The position numbers and the translations under genes are program-made. Source: Thermoanaerobaculia bacterium (GTDB taxonomy: Bacteria; Acidobacteriota; Thermoanaerobaculia; Multivoradales; JAHEKO01). Taken from it: a DNA stretch of 64,000 nt. The stretch spans positions 15,369-79,368 of the forward strand of contig JBATEX010000057.1 of the NCBI GenBank assembly GCA_049664225.1. Direction: 5' to 3'. Under the pieces are notes generated by a model. It was not told the origin of the DNA and did not search any database. It saw nothing but the letters and a program-made list of their open reading frames with translations. Below are positions 54,681 through 64,000 of the stretch, piece after piece. The stretch's first letter is position 1. Every line of letters begins with the position of its first letter.

Positions 54681-54744
54681 AACTCCATGGACAGGAAGCT
54701 CTTTCGAGGTTCTGGGTACTGAAGAGTCCTTTCCCCGCCTCACC

Positions 54745-55419
54745 ATGGAACTGACCCTTCTCGGATGCGGACTGGGGTTGGCGGCGGGCTTGAGCCCCGG
54801 GCCACTCCTGACCCTGCTGGTCGCCGTTTCCATCGAAAGGGGATTCCACGCGGGCCTGCGTGTCGCCATTGCGCCACTTCTGACCGATGCACCGATCGTC
54901 GCTCTGGCTCTTCTCATCCTGAAGGACCTGCCGGAGGCGTTTCTCGGTGGTCTGACCCTCCTGGGCGGCTTGTTCGTGGCGTACCTGGGATTTCGGGGCC
55001 TGAGGCGCGAAGATCCCACACTTCCGTCAGAGGAGATCTCGTCCACGGCCACGAGGGACCTCTGGCAGGGGGCCGTCGTGAACTTTCTCAACCCTCATCC
55101 CTGGGTATTTTGGATGAGTGTCGGCGCTCCGACGCTGGTCTCGGGATGGCGTCAGAGCCCCTTCGACGCCCTTGGCTATCTGGCTGGTTTCTACGGCTTC
55201 ATCGTCGGCAGCAAGATAGCTGTGGCCTGGCTCGCCGCCCAGGGCCGGCACACCCTCCGCGGTCCGTTGTTTCCGCGGATTTTGAAATTCTGTGCGCTGC
55301 TGCTGCTCTTCCTCGGGGTCCTGCTCTGCCAACGGGGCTCGATTCAACTCTGGAAGGCCACGCACCCACCATCGGAGTCTCTGAGCTACTTGATGAAGTA
55401 CCCCGAGACCCGCCATTGA
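54745..55419 (+). CDS. LysE/RhtB family amino-acid exporter
   Basis: Internal ATG of track ORF 54466..55419. GLSPGPLLTLLVAVS and NFLNPHPWVFW motifs, about 6 TM segments. Confidence 0.8.
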   Translation: MELTLLGCGLGLAAGLSPGPLLTLLVAVSIERGFHAGLRVAIAPLLTDAPIVALALLILKDLPEAFLGGLTLLGGLFVAYLGFRGLRREDPTLPSEEISSTATRDLWQGAVVNFLNPHPWVFWMSVGAPTLVSGWRQSPFDALGYLAGFYGFIVGSKIAVAWLAAQGRHTLRGPLFPRILKFCALLLLFLGVLLCQRGSIQLWKATHPPSESLSYLMKYPETRH

Positions 55420-55820
55420 CCGTCCAGATCCAGCATGGGTGTGATGGTCTCCAGGGCGTCGACCTTATTGGAGAAGGAGGTCTTGAATCGGATGACCACA
55501 TACTCTCCGTCGGGCGCTCCGGCGAGATGCGATCTGTACTTCGCTTCCAATAGCTCCCGGGAGACAACCTCGCCAAGGGGTCGACGAAAACCGCTCATTG
55601 TCTGCTGCCACTGGTCACGGTCCAGAGCATTGCGAAAATAGGCTGCTGCCTCCTCCCAGCTCTTGTCGTATTCACCCTGATCCACCAGTTCCAGCCAGGC
55701 TCTGGCGACCTCCAGTGCATCGTCGACCCTTCCGTCGTCAGCCTGCAGCCAGGCACAGCTCCCGACAACGAGCACCAAAGAGAAGACTGCTACCCACGGA
55801 ATCCTGGTCGTTCTCATCAT
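55386..55820 (-). CDS. DUF4019-like secreted protein
   Basis: The ATG at 55820 (AAGGAGG RBS) gives a signal peptide, then ARAWLELVDQGEYDKSWEEAAAYFRNALDRDQWQQ, typical of DUF4019. Confidence 0.65.
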   Translation of the reverse strand: MMRTTRIPWVAVFSLVLVVGSCAWLQADDGRVDDALEVARAWLELVDQGEYDKSWEEAAAYFRNALDRDQWQQTMSGFRRPLGEVVSRELLEAKYRSHLAGAPDGEYVVIRFKTSFSNKVDALETITPMLDLDGQWRVSGYFIK

Positions 55821-55861
55821 CGCCTCCTTGCATCTCGACTGCAGGGCGGGAAGCCGCAATG

Positions 55862-56410
55862 CTATGCACCTCGAAAAGGAGAGCCGATCCTCGTCCACCA
55901 TCCACGCAGCCATTCCACAACTTCCGGGTCGGCACCCCTCCCGTCGATCGTATGGGGAGCCAGTGCCATCCCACCGATCGCGTATTGGGTCGACATCGCC
56001 ATGCCACCGACCGCGAGGGACACGCCAAGAGCCATTCCGCCGAGAGCCACTCCGCCAATCGCCACACCACCCAGAGCAGCGAGGCCGAGGCTGACTCCAC
56101 CAAACGTCAGGCCACCAATGGAAATCCCCCCAACGGCAACCACGCCCAACGCGATATTCCCCATGGCGAAGATGCCCTTGGCGACACGGGGCCGACCGGT
56201 CGTCGGATCAACCCCCTGAGCGATGTGAACCAATGGCAATCCCAGGAACTCTGACTTCGAACGGTACTCGTATCCCCAGTAGCCCGACGGGACGGAGGTA
56301 CGCATCGAAAACCCTTGACCGGTGGCCTGCTCGGTCAGAAACTCGCCACAGTAGCGGCACTTCACGGCACTATCTTGGATCTCTTCGGCACAGTAGGGAC
56401 AGCGTTTCAT
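55862..56410 (-). CDS. zinc-ribbon protein with glycine-rich 5-residue-periodic membrane repeat
   Basis: The ATG at 56410 (GGAGGAGG RBS) gives MKRCPYCAEEIQDSAVKCRYCGEF. About nine GGxAx-type pentads follow: GNIAL GVVAV GGISI GGLTF GGVSL GLAAL GGVAI GGVAL GGMAL. Confidence 0.65.
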   Translation of the reverse strand: MKRCPYCAEEIQDSAVKCRYCGEFLTEQATGQGFSMRTSVPSGYWGYEYRSKSEFLGLPLVHIAQGVDPTTGRPRVAKGIFAMGNIALGVVAVGGISIGGLTFGGVSLGLAALGGVAIGGVALGGMALGVSLAVGGMAMSTQYAIGGMALAPHTIDGRGADPEVVEWLRGWWTRIGSPFRGA

Positions 56411-56420
56411 GCCTCCTCCT

Positions 56421-56783
56421 TCAACCGGCTCGAGCTCCGTCGGGGACTGCCCGCTCCGGTACGGCGAGCGCCGGAGGCACGCCATCCGCGTAGCCGATGT
56501 CGAACAGCATACCTTCCGAGAGCTCTCCCATCATCTTCCTGGGCTCCAGATTGACGACGAAAAGCGCTTGCCGACCCATCAGGTCGCTCGGTTCAGGGCG
56601 CTCCTGCTTGATGCCGGCCAGGATCGTCCGCTGGTGGTCGCCGAAATTGACGACGAGCCGCATCAGCGAACGCGAGCCTTCGATCTCTTCCACTCGCAAG
56701 ATCGTGCCGACACGGATGTCGAGTCGCTGCAAGTCGGCCAGGGTCACCCGCGGCTTCACGGCGGCTGGGATCATCTCTTCCAT
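56421..56783 (-). CDS. tRNA-binding (CsaA/EMAP-like OB-fold) protein
   Basis: LDIRVGTILRVEEIEGSRSLMRLVVNFGD ... LFVVNLEPRKMMGELSEGMLF. The ATG at 56783 has a GGAGGAGAGG RBS. Confidence 0.75.
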   Translation of the reverse strand: MEEMIPAAVKPRVTLADLQRLDIRVGTILRVEEIEGSRSLMRLVVNFGDHQRTILAGIKQERPEPSDLMGRQALFVVNLEPRKMMGELSEGMLFDIGYADGVPPALAVPERAVPDGARAG

Positions 56784-56835
56784 GGACCTCTCCTCCGGCA
56801 TTGCTGCACGTCTCCGGTCTCGTCTCCTCGATCCG

Positions 56836-57375
56836 TCACTGACCAAGCGGCTTCAAATACCTCTCTCGGAGGATCTCCAGATGGTGCACGACGTGGCCGA
56901 GCAGGATGTATCCGATCGCCCGCACCGAGAGAGACGCCTCGTTCGAGATCCCCGATCGTTCCCACTCGCGCTCCCGAAAGCTCGCTACGAGATCGACCGT
57001 GGACTGTCGAAGGTGAACGAACTCGGAGACCAGGCTCTCTACCGAGCGTCGACCCAAGTCCGCCTGGCGTACGAACTCGTCTTGATCGAACCCCGGAAGG
57101 TCGGCCGGCCCACCCCGCGCGAACCAGAGTGCCCGATAGCCGAAGACTCTCTCCGTGTCGATGAGATGTCCCAGGACCTCCTTGATGCTCCACTTGTCGG
57201 GCGCGTAGCGGTAGTCGCCCTCGGCTTCTGACAAGTCGGAAAACAGCTCGGTCAGCTCCCCTGCCTGACTCATCAGGTCGCCAAGGAGGTCCCCCTCCTC
57301 CACCCGATCTATGTAAACCGAGAAATACGCATCGTGCTCGCCGGCCTCGGGTTTCGGTATTCGGCTGTCAGCCAT
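56836..57375 (-). CDS. DinB family protein
   Basis: DinB_2-like His triad contexts: WSIKEVLGHLIDTERVF and ILLGHVVHHLEIL. Confidence 0.75.
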   Translation of the reverse strand: MADSRIPKPEAGEHDAYFSVYIDRVEEGDLLGDLMSQAGELTELFSDLSEAEGDYRYAPDKWSIKEVLGHLIDTERVFGYRALWFARGGPADLPGFDQDEFVRQADLGRRSVESLVSEFVHLRQSTVDLVASFREREWERSGISNEASLSVRAIGYILLGHVVHHLEILRERYLKPLGQ

Positions 57376-57487
57376 GCTCTCGGTCCTCTTGGTCGTCGAG
57401 ATCGGTTCTGTCGGTGCTTCAACTGTCGACCAATCTTACCGTCACCCGAAGACCGCACCAAAGCTCGTGTAGTAAGCTGCGACGCCC

Positions 57488-58039
57488 ATGCAAGCCAATG
57501 GTGATCTACTCGAACTCCTTCTGGAAGTCCAGAATCTGGATCGGATCCCCAGAATGGGGTATCTCCTGAGCGGCGTCTCCGACCCGGAAAGCGTCAGCGA
57601 GCACACTTGGCATGTCGCCTTTCTGGTCTGGGTCCTGAGCGAGAGCATCTCCGACATCGACCGTCTGCGAGCCATGGAGATCGCCATGGTCCACGACCTC
57701 GCCGAGCTCAGAATCGGCGACTTCCCCCGTACCGCCTCTCGCTATCTACCGGCAGGCGCCAAGCAGGCCGCCGAAGCGGCTGCCATCGAAGAGATCCTCG
57801 CCCCCCTTCCGGCGGCAATGCGGGCTCTCTGGGCCGAGTATCAAGCCGGCGAGAGCCGCGAAGCCAGGCTGGTCAAAGCCTGCGACAAGCTCCAGATGAT
57901 GTTGAAAGTGCGGCTTTACGAAAGTCAGGGCGACGAAGGGTTGAAACGCTTTTGGGACAATCCCGACAACTTCCCGGATGGGGGCTTCCCCTTGATCGAG
58001 CGGCTCTTTACGGAGCTGAAGGAGCGCCGTTCTCGCTAG
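57488..58039 (+). CDS. HD domain phosphohydrolase (YfbR-like)
   Basis: ESVSEHTWHVAFLVWVL and AMVHDLAELRIGD (H...HD...D). Confidence 0.75.
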   Translation: MQANGDLLELLLEVQNLDRIPRMGYLLSGVSDPESVSEHTWHVAFLVWVLSESISDIDRLRAMEIAMVHDLAELRIGDFPRTASRYLPAGAKQAAEAAAIEEILAPLPAAMRALWAEYQAGESREARLVKACDKLQMMLKVRLYESQGDEGLKRFWDNPDNFPDGGFPLIERLFTELKERRSR

Positions 58040-58560
58040 ACATCATCTTCGACGTGGACGCCCCGCCTGACGAGGAAACCTTTCAATCGTTCGTACAGGT
58101 TTAACCCAAGCAGTGCCGCCCCGGCAGCGGAGACGTCCGCCAAGACAATTCGTAGATCCTGATTGCCGCTCCAGTGCTTCACCGCCAGCGGCTCCAGCTC
58201 TGCATCGAGACTGTGCCTCAGGACCAGGCTGACCAGGACGACATCGTCCAGGAAACCTCCGACTCCGAAGAAAGCCTCCGGAAGCAGATCGACCGGAGTC
58301 AGAAAGTAGGCCAGGGCACCAAGAATGAGCTGTCGCGAGGCAGGTGACACGTCGCGGTCCAAGCAAAGCCGGGCCAGCAGCACCAAAAGATCGGGCGCCA
58401 GCATCAAGGGTTCGGACAGGGCCCTACCGAGTCTCCCTCTCCGCTCCAGCGCCTCCACAATGCGCCGTCGAAGTCGATCGTAGGAGCTCAGCAGGCCGGT
58501 CGAGACTAGCTCGACCTCCTCGACCTGAACTCTCTCCATCTCTCTGTCGTCCGCAGCCAT
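58036..58560 (-). CDS. DUF1232 (YkvA-like) membrane protein
   Basis: ALAYFLTPVDLLPEAFFGVGGFLDDVVLV is the DUF1232 core. Confidence 0.7.
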   Translation of the reverse strand: MAADDREMERVQVEEVELVSTGLLSSYDRLRRRIVEALERRGRLGRALSEPLMLAPDLLVLLARLCLDRDVSPASRQLILGALAYFLTPVDLLPEAFFGVGGFLDDVVLVSLVLRHSLDAELEPLAVKHWSGNQDLRIVLADVSAAGAALLGLNLYERLKGFLVRRGVHVEDDV

Positions 58561-58634
58561 TCAAGTCATCTCCGGAGCTCGACTTCAACCATCATATTGC
58601 AGCCCTTTGCACAGAGTCACCCCGCTTGGGACCT

Positions 58635-59975
58635 TCAGCTCAGCAGCCGCGCCAATCCGACAGCCAAGAGTGCTCCCGACAGTGTGTTGAAGAAGTTCAC
58701 CGCATCGTTTCCCACACGGCCTCGGCGCTCCAGGCTCGCACCCACAGCACTCTCGAGCAGAGTGGCGACCAGGCCGGCCAGGGCTACGACCGAGATCATC
58801 GCTGCCGAGTACAGCCCGATGCCTCCCCCAAACGCCGCCACGGCCAGAGATCCCAAAGCACCAGCCATGGTGCCCATAGTGGACACACCGCCGTCGGTTC
58901 CCACCGGAACGGGCTCGAGGCTGGTGATGAGAAGCGTAGGACCACCGTATAGCTGACCGATCTCACTCTCCAGCGTGTCGGCGGTAGCAGCTGCCATCGC
59001 GCCCGCGAAGGCCACGGCGAAGAGCTCAGGATATGGGGTGAGAAGCGAGAACAGGGCGCAGGCGGCCGCCACCGAGCCATTTGCCAAGGCGTTCCAGGCG
59101 CTCCTCCGACCCGAACTCGACTGGGCGACGCCGCGATTCGCCTTTTTTCGGTAACCAACTCGTGTCGCGAGGGTTCCCAGTAGAAAGAACAGCAAGAGAA
59201 CAAGATAGCCCCTCCAGCCCAGGAATCCGAGTACCACGCTACCGATGACGCTGGCAGCGATCCACCCACTGCGGTCGAGCGCCTCCAGTTTGTGGGAGAC
59301 ACCGGCCAATACCACATTGACCGTCACCGCCAGCGCAAAGTGACCGACCCAGCTAAGACCGGTCAGCTGGATCCAGTACCCTTCGGTCCAGAGGCAGCAG
59401 ACCAGTAGCAGTGCACCGATCAACGGCACCGCCAGATTGTCGTCCAGTCTCGATGGCATGGACTCCAGAAGCGCCGCAACAAACGCCACCCCGAAGCTCA
59501 TGGCCCAGACAAAGCGCCCATCAAAGTCGCCCGGTGCCACCCACTGAACAAGCACTCCGACGGCACCTCCACCGAGCAACCAGTAGGCCGTCAGGCCCGC
59601 CCAACTCTTGGCTGGATTCCAGGGCAACCTTCGCCGCCCCCATGCCAGCCCCGCCAGAGAAGCTGCTCCGTCACCAAAAGCCAGCAGCCCCCATCCTGCT
59701 GCCGCCACTTCGGGCCTGCGACTGAAGATCAACAGGAGCAGCAAGACGGTCAGTGGATACAGGACGATGCCGGGAGCTCTTCGATTCCACCCCTCTTCCC
59801 GTCTCCACAGACCCAGCCCGCCGAGTCGGGGCAGGATGATGGCATTGAAGCAGAGTCCGGTCGCAGCCAGCCATGAGAGATACAGCGGACTTACCCAGCG
59901 CAGGGCCAGAGCGAGGAAGCCGGCGCCGATATGAACTGTCTGACGGAAGAGTTCGCCACCTGAGAGCCTGGCCAC
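58635..59975 (-). CDS. polytopic membrane protein with C-terminal DUF92 (TMEM19-like) domain, N-terminal dolichol/phytol-kinase-like region
   Basis: 446 aa. The C-terminal half has NGSVAAACALF, AAATADTLESEIGQ and GTDGGVSTMGTMAG, typical of DUF92. The N-terminal assignment is weaker. Confidence 0.6.
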   Translation of the reverse strand: MARLSGGELFRQTVHIGAGFLALALRWVSPLYLSWLAATGLCFNAIILPRLGGLGLWRREEGWNRRAPGIVLYPLTVLLLLLIFSRRPEVAAAGWGLLAFGDGAASLAGLAWGRRRLPWNPAKSWAGLTAYWLLGGGAVGVLVQWVAPGDFDGRFVWAMSFGVAFVAALLESMPSRLDDNLAVPLIGALLLVCCLWTEGYWIQLTGLSWVGHFALAVTVNVVLAGVSHKLEALDRSGWIAASVIGSVVLGFLGWRGYLVLLLFFLLGTLATRVGYRKKANRGVAQSSSGRRSAWNALANGSVAAACALFSLLTPYPELFAVAFAGAMAAATADTLESEIGQLYGGPTLLITSLEPVPVGTDGGVSTMGTMAGALGSLAVAAFGGGIGLYSAAMISVVALAGLVATLLESAVGASLERRGRVGNDAVNFFNTLSGALLAVGLARLLS

Positions 59976-59987
59976 GGCAGCAGCGCC

Positions 59988-60899
59988 CTAGGATTTCGTG
60001 GTCCCCAGCCCGGCCGTCTCGTCCCAGAGATCCTGCAGGGCCTCTGCGAGCGTCTTCCTGGCCTCCCAACCGAGAGCTTGCAAGGGTTCGGTCGAAGCGA
60101 CGAGAAGTGGTACATCCACCTTCCGGAATCGTTCCGGGTCCACTTCGACCTCAGGAGAGAGACCCGAAATGCGGATGAGCTCATCGAGAGCTGCCCGAAT
60201 GCTGTGAGCCTGCCCGCTACCAAGGTTGTAGACCCCTCCAGGGTGCTCCCCTTCCAACAGGGCGCTGTAGCCTGTCACCGCGTCGTCTACATGGATGAAA
60301 TCCCGGCGAGCCGAGAGGTTTCCAACCTGGATCACCGGAGCCTGATCGCCACCAGCAATCGCCCTTAGCTGGTGAGCGAATGTCGGCAGCGCAAAGATCG
60401 GTGCCTGGCCGGGCCCGCAGATGTTGAATGACCTCACTATCGTGGCCCCGTGGTAGACGGCAATCCTCTCCATCGCCGCCTTGCTCATGCCATAAGGGCT
60501 AATCGGCGCCAGATCACGGTCTTCGGTCAGTGGCTGTTCCTCTTCTGGCACCGCACCATAGACCTCGGCGCTCGAGGCCACGATGACTCTCGCTCCCTGG
60601 GCAGCATGCAGCAGGTTCTCGCTGCCGAGTACGTTGACCCTGAAGTAGAGCTCTGGTTGTTGCCACGACTCACCGACATGGCTGAGGCCCGCTAGATGGA
60701 TGATCTTGTCGGGTGCGGCATCCGCAATCGCCTCCGCCAGCTTCGAAGTGTCCAACAGATCGACCGCGACCAGGTCGACTCCGGCAAGCTCTGGCCTGTC
60801 GCCGATAAACGTGCCGCTCACACGGTGGCCGCGATCCAGAAGGTGTCGGCAGAGATGCGATCCAACGAAGCCGGCGACTCCGGTGATCAGAACGTTCAT
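59988..60899 (-). CDS. NAD-dependent epimerase/dehydratase family protein (GDP-4-keto-6-deoxymannose reductase-like)
   Basis: Rossmann motif ITGVAGFVGSHL and SPYGMSKAA (YxxxK). Lies directly downstream of the GMD-like gene. Confidence 0.7.
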   Translation of the reverse strand: MNVLITGVAGFVGSHLCRHLLDRGHRVSGTFIGDRPELAGVDLVAVDLLDTSKLAEAIADAAPDKIIHLAGLSHVGESWQQPELYFRVNVLGSENLLHAAQGARVIVASSAEVYGAVPEEEQPLTEDRDLAPISPYGMSKAAMERIAVYHGATIVRSFNICGPGQAPIFALPTFAHQLRAIAGGDQAPVIQVGNLSARRDFIHVDDAVTGYSALLEGEHPGGVYNLGSGQAHSIRAALDELIRISGLSPEVEVDPERFRKVDVPLLVASTEPLQALGWEARKTLAEALQDLWDETAGLGTTKS

Positions 60900-60929
60900 G
60901 GTAGTTGCGCCTGCAAGAAGAGCTCTGCT

Positions 60930-61889
60930 CTATGACAGCTTCTGGCGCCAGTAGTCGAGGGTGTCCTTCAGGGTCTGCTCGAGGGGGATGGAAGGCTCCC
61001 AGCCGGTGTCGGATCGGAACTTCGAGTAATCGCCCAAGAGGATCTCGACATCGGACGGACGCAACCGATCCGGGTCGACCTGGACTTCGACCTCGGTATC
61101 GGACAGGGCCAACAGCTGATCCAGTAGCTCTCGGATCGTCACGGCCCTGCCGCTCGCCAGGTTGTAGACCTCACCGTGCGTCGCCTTGGACACAGCAAGC
61201 CAGTAAGCGCGCACCATATCTCGGACATCCGTGAAATCACGCTGAGCATCCAGGTTGCCGACCCGGATCACCGGCTCCCTCAGCCCTGCCTCGATGGAGG
61301 CAATCTGTTTGGCGAAGTTGGAGGTGACAAAGACCTCCCCGCGTCGGGGACCGGTGTGGTTGAAGCCACGGGTGCGAACGGTCTTGAGGCCGTAGCTTCT
61401 GAAGTACTGGTAGGCGAGAAGATCCTGCGCCACTTTCGAGACCGCATACGGTGAGAGTGGTCGCAGCGGATTGGTTTCCTTGATCGGCACCTCGTCCGGC
61501 AGCACCAGGCCGTACTCCTCGCTCGAACCGGCGATTTGGATCACTGGATCAAGCTCCAACACCCTCACAGCCTCGAAGATGTTGGTCTGGCCGAGAATGT
61601 TGGTCATCAGGGTCTCGGAAGGCGCTCGCCAACTGGCCGGAACGAAACTCTGCGCCGCCAGGTGAAAGATGTAGTCCGGCCGGACCTCCGCCAAGACACC
61701 CTGAATCGCGGCGGGGTCTCTGAGATCACACTCCCGCAATTGGAGCCTGCCGTCCAGGTGCTCGATGTTCTCCATCCGGCTGCGCCAACGTCGGATGCCG
61801 AATATCTCCACCTCCGGCTGCTCAGCGAGTAGATAGTCGGCGAGATGGGAACCCGCAAATCCGGTAACTCCGGTAATCAGTGCACGCAT
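60930..61889 (-). CDS. gmd: GDP-mannose 4,6-dehydratase-like short-chain dehydratase
   Basis: ITGVTGFAGSHL, SPYAVSKVA, and RGFNHTGPRRGEVFVTSNFAKQIA resembling the GMD NHESPRRGETFVTRK block. Confidence 0.65.
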   Translation of the reverse strand: MRALITGVTGFAGSHLADYLLAEQPEVEIFGIRRWRSRMENIEHLDGRLQLRECDLRDPAAIQGVLAEVRPDYIFHLAAQSFVPASWRAPSETLMTNILGQTNIFEAVRVLELDPVIQIAGSSEEYGLVLPDEVPIKETNPLRPLSPYAVSKVAQDLLAYQYFRSYGLKTVRTRGFNHTGPRRGEVFVTSNFAKQIASIEAGLREPVIRVGNLDAQRDFTDVRDMVRAYWLAVSKATHGEVYNLASGRAVTIRELLDQLLALSDTEVEVQVDPDRLRPSDVEILLGDYSKFRSDTGWEPSIPLEQTLKDTLDYWRQKLS

Positions 61890-61949
61890 GGGGAATCTCC
61901 TGATTGCGACTGACGCAAGGACCTGTGTGGCGTATCCACCCCGCTCCGA

Positions 61950-64000
61950 TCAGTAGCCGGGATTAAAGCCGTTGCGAGTGCCGCCCGTCAAGTCGAGAAA
62001 TGTACCAATGTTCTTCAGTGTCAGTGCAAACCGGAATTCTCTATCCTGCCTGGTCACGGATTGCCAATCCCGGTATTCCAAGCGATATCCGAAGCACTGA
62101 GAGAAATACTGAAGGATGTAACGCTGGCTCTGGAGCAACGAAAGATCGAAATCGTAGTTGATCTGGGTATCCAAGCGGAGATGACTCGGCCAGAGCTCCA
62201 CGCCGGCATAAAAACGGACTTGATTGCCTCTCGACACTCCCGTTTCAGGATTCGAGCTCGTAAACCAGGTCAGCCCTGCACTGTGCGGCCCGAATCTCAT
62301 GCCGCCCGATATCGAGGTAGAGATCAGATCGTTGAACAGCGCGCTGTAGGTCACTCTGGCTTCGACATTCGCATCTCGACTCGGATTGAACCGATAGCGT
62401 AGGTTGACCGGTCCCCGAGTCGAGGTGAGAGTCTGGTCGGCGGACGACTCAAGGAACACGTTCTCATCGAGGCTGTACAGCTGGCCGATCTCCAGCGACA
62501 TGATCTCTCGGGCACCACCATGTAGCTCTTCGTCGACGGGTTTCGCCAGTAATCTGTTGACGAGGTTGACCGAGAAGACATTGGCGAAGGGAATGAAGTC
62601 GATCTCGTCGAACCTCAGGATCTGATCCGCGTCTTCGAAGTCCTGGACATAGCGATAGTTCCAGCGAGGCTCGACGATGTGCTTGAACTTCCCGAATCGT
62701 CCGATCTTGCCATCGAATACACGGGAGAAAGAGGGCCCGACGATGCTGCTGTTGGCTGTCGCAATTGCCCGCGTCAGTGACTCTCCAGTCAAGTCCGTTC
62801 CGTCCTCGGTCCGGGTGTCGCTGTACCAGGTGACTCGCTCACCGGCGCTCACCGATATAGAGAGCCAGGGCAGTGTACTGAGCGCCGCGGTCAGGTTCGG
62901 GAAGATATCTGCCCGCCCCCACTTCTGATCGAATCTATCGGTCCTGGCAGACTGCAGGTAGTCCAACGAGCTCACCATGTCCAGATAGATCGGTAAGCTG
63001 GCCAATTGCGTCGGCCGCAAGCGGTATTCCGCCTCGGGAAGCCGCCGAGCCGTGGTGATATCGCCGGCGGTGACGAAAGTCTCGTTCTGGTCCACCAACA
63101 GGGTGAAGGACTGCTGTCCCCAGCTACCGGTCAGGAAACCCTCCGAACGCTGTCGTCGGATAGCGACGTTGCTGAAGTCCCGTTCGAAATCTCGAAAGAA
63201 GTTGAAATCGGAGAAGTTCTGATATCGGACGACCCCGCGCAGCCCCAGCGGCAACTGATCACTGACATGCGACCAGAAGGCCTTCCAACGCAACTCATCA
63301 GAGTCCGGGTCGTCGACTACATACCCCTCGAAGATCCCCCGAGTATTCTCGCTCGGTCGGTAGCGAAACTCGTTGCCGGCGCCGATATAGCTCTCGCTGT
63401 AGAAGTCAGCATAGAAGGTCGTGTCGTAGCTCGGACCGAGCGTCAGGAAGTAGGCCAAACCCAGGAGCGCACCACGGTTTTCCGAATAGCCGAGATTCGG
63501 AAACAAGAACCCCGATTTTCGATCCGAGCTGGCAGGATAGAGAATCTGGGGAAAATAGAGTATCGGTGCCTTCTTCACCCGAAAACGGGCATGCTTCGCC
63601 TTGGCCCAACCGCCCAGCTCCACGCGGCCCTTGGACAGTCGAAAGCTCCAATCGGGATTGTCGTCGATACAGGAAGTGACCATGCCGTCAGTCACCTCGT
63701 AGGTGTCCTCGGCGACTTTCTTGATGATCTTGCCTTCGAAGAAGATGTCGGGGTCGACGAAAGCCTTGGCATTGGTCACGGTGCCCGTCTTGGTCACCAG
63801 GTCGAAGACCAGCGTCTCTCCCACCAGGCGCCGAGGCCCCTGGTCGATGATCACGTCGCCCTCCGCGGTGACTTGCTCGGTCTTGAGGTCGATGGTCACT
63901 CGCTGCCCCTGGAATTGCAGGTCCTGGTACTGCAGCTCTACTCCGCCGCTGGCAACGACATAGTCCTCCCGAACGTACTCCAGATTACCGGCTGTGCCGG
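61950..64000 (-). CDS. lptD: LPS-assembly outer-membrane protein LptD (5' end beyond window end)
   Basis: OstA-like N-terminal region (AEGDVIIDQGPRRLVGETLVFDL) and the LptD core (KSGFLFPNLGYSENRGALLGLAYF). The frame stays open upstream of the track GTG at 63899 through 64000 (GTAGNLEYVREDYVVASGGVELQYQDLQFQGQR). Confidence 0.85.
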   Translation of the reverse strand, partial: GTAGNLEYVREDYVVASGGVELQYQDLQFQGQRVTIDLKTEQVTAEGDVIIDQGPRRLVGETLVFDLVTKTGTVTNAKAFVDPDIFFEGKIIKKVAEDTYEVTDGMVTSCIDDNPDWSFRLSKGRVELGGWAKAKHARFRVKKAPILYFPQILYPASSDRKSGFLFPNLGYSENRGALLGLAYFLTLGPSYDTTFYADFYSESYIGAGNEFRYRPSENTRGIFEGYVVDDPDSDELRWKAFWSHVSDQLPLGLRGVVRYQNFSDFNFFRDFERDFSNVAIRRQRSEGFLTGSWGQQSFTLLVDQNETFVTAGDITTARRLPEAEYRLRPTQLASLPIYLDMVSSLDYLQSARTDRFDQKWGRADIFPNLTAALSTLPWLSISVSAGERVTWYSDTRTEDGTDLTGESLTRAIATANSSIVGPSFSRVFDGKIGRFGKFKHIVEPRWNYRYVQDFEDADQILRFDEIDFIPFANVFSVNLVNRLLAKPVDEELHGGAREIMSLEIGQLYSLDENVFLESSADQTLTSTRGPVNLRYRFNPSRDANVEARVTYSALFNDLISTSISGGMRFGPHSAGLTWFTSSNPETGVSRGNQVRFYAGVELWPSHLRLDTQINYDFDLSLLQSQRYILQYFSQCFGYRLEYRDWQSVTRQDREFRFALTLKNIGTFLDLTGGTRNGFNPGY

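Noticed and set aside
53994-55091. 365-aa minus-strand ORF
   Set aside because: It is antisense to the aspartate racemase and LysE genes, R/P/G-rich and motif-free.

Overview
Gene-dense, high-GC (by eye about 60-65%, not computed) bacterial chromosomal window. I found no rRNA, tRNA, CRISPR array, transposase or integrase. About 62 protein genes are supported. The VWFA-type secreted protein and the respiratory gene set suggest an Acidobacteriota-like organism, but that is a weak inference. Most of the window is an aerobic respiratory island in three parts. (1) 15.2-19.7 kb, minus strand: an A1-type aa3 cytochrome oxidase operon in the order I-III-IV, two miniproteins, II, DUF420. (2) 26.0-40.4 kb, all minus strand: HEAT protein, Crp/Fnr regulator, monohaem cytochrome c, methyltransferase, a b6-type Rieske/cytochrome b complex with a coiled-coil octaheme cytochrome c, a cupredoxin lipoprotein, heme A and heme O synthases, an ABC-2 exporter, SCO and a disrupted membrane gene. 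(3) 41.4-53.8 kb, plus strand: a 12-gene Alternative Complex III (actABCDEFG), SCO and A2-type caa3 oxidase operon. The flanks carry housekeeping or accessory genes: rhomboid, xseAB, a STAND-TPR NTPase, a VWA protein, a YhaM-like nuclease, hydrolases, tag, a transsulfuration enzyme, a racemase, LysE, DinB, GDP-sugar enzymes and lptD. The observations I rate highest are listed here. First, the Rieske/b6 complex and its unusual partners. Second, the ctaA-ctaB-ABC-SCO operon. Third, the two operon-embedded miniproteins, one with CxxC. Fourth, a 750-bp non-coding gap packed with REP-like hairpin repeats and a G-tract octamer array. Fifth, a membrane gene broken by a frameshift and an in-frame TGA. 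None of these is proven novel from sequence alone. All family assignments rest on motifs I read in the translations, not on database searches.
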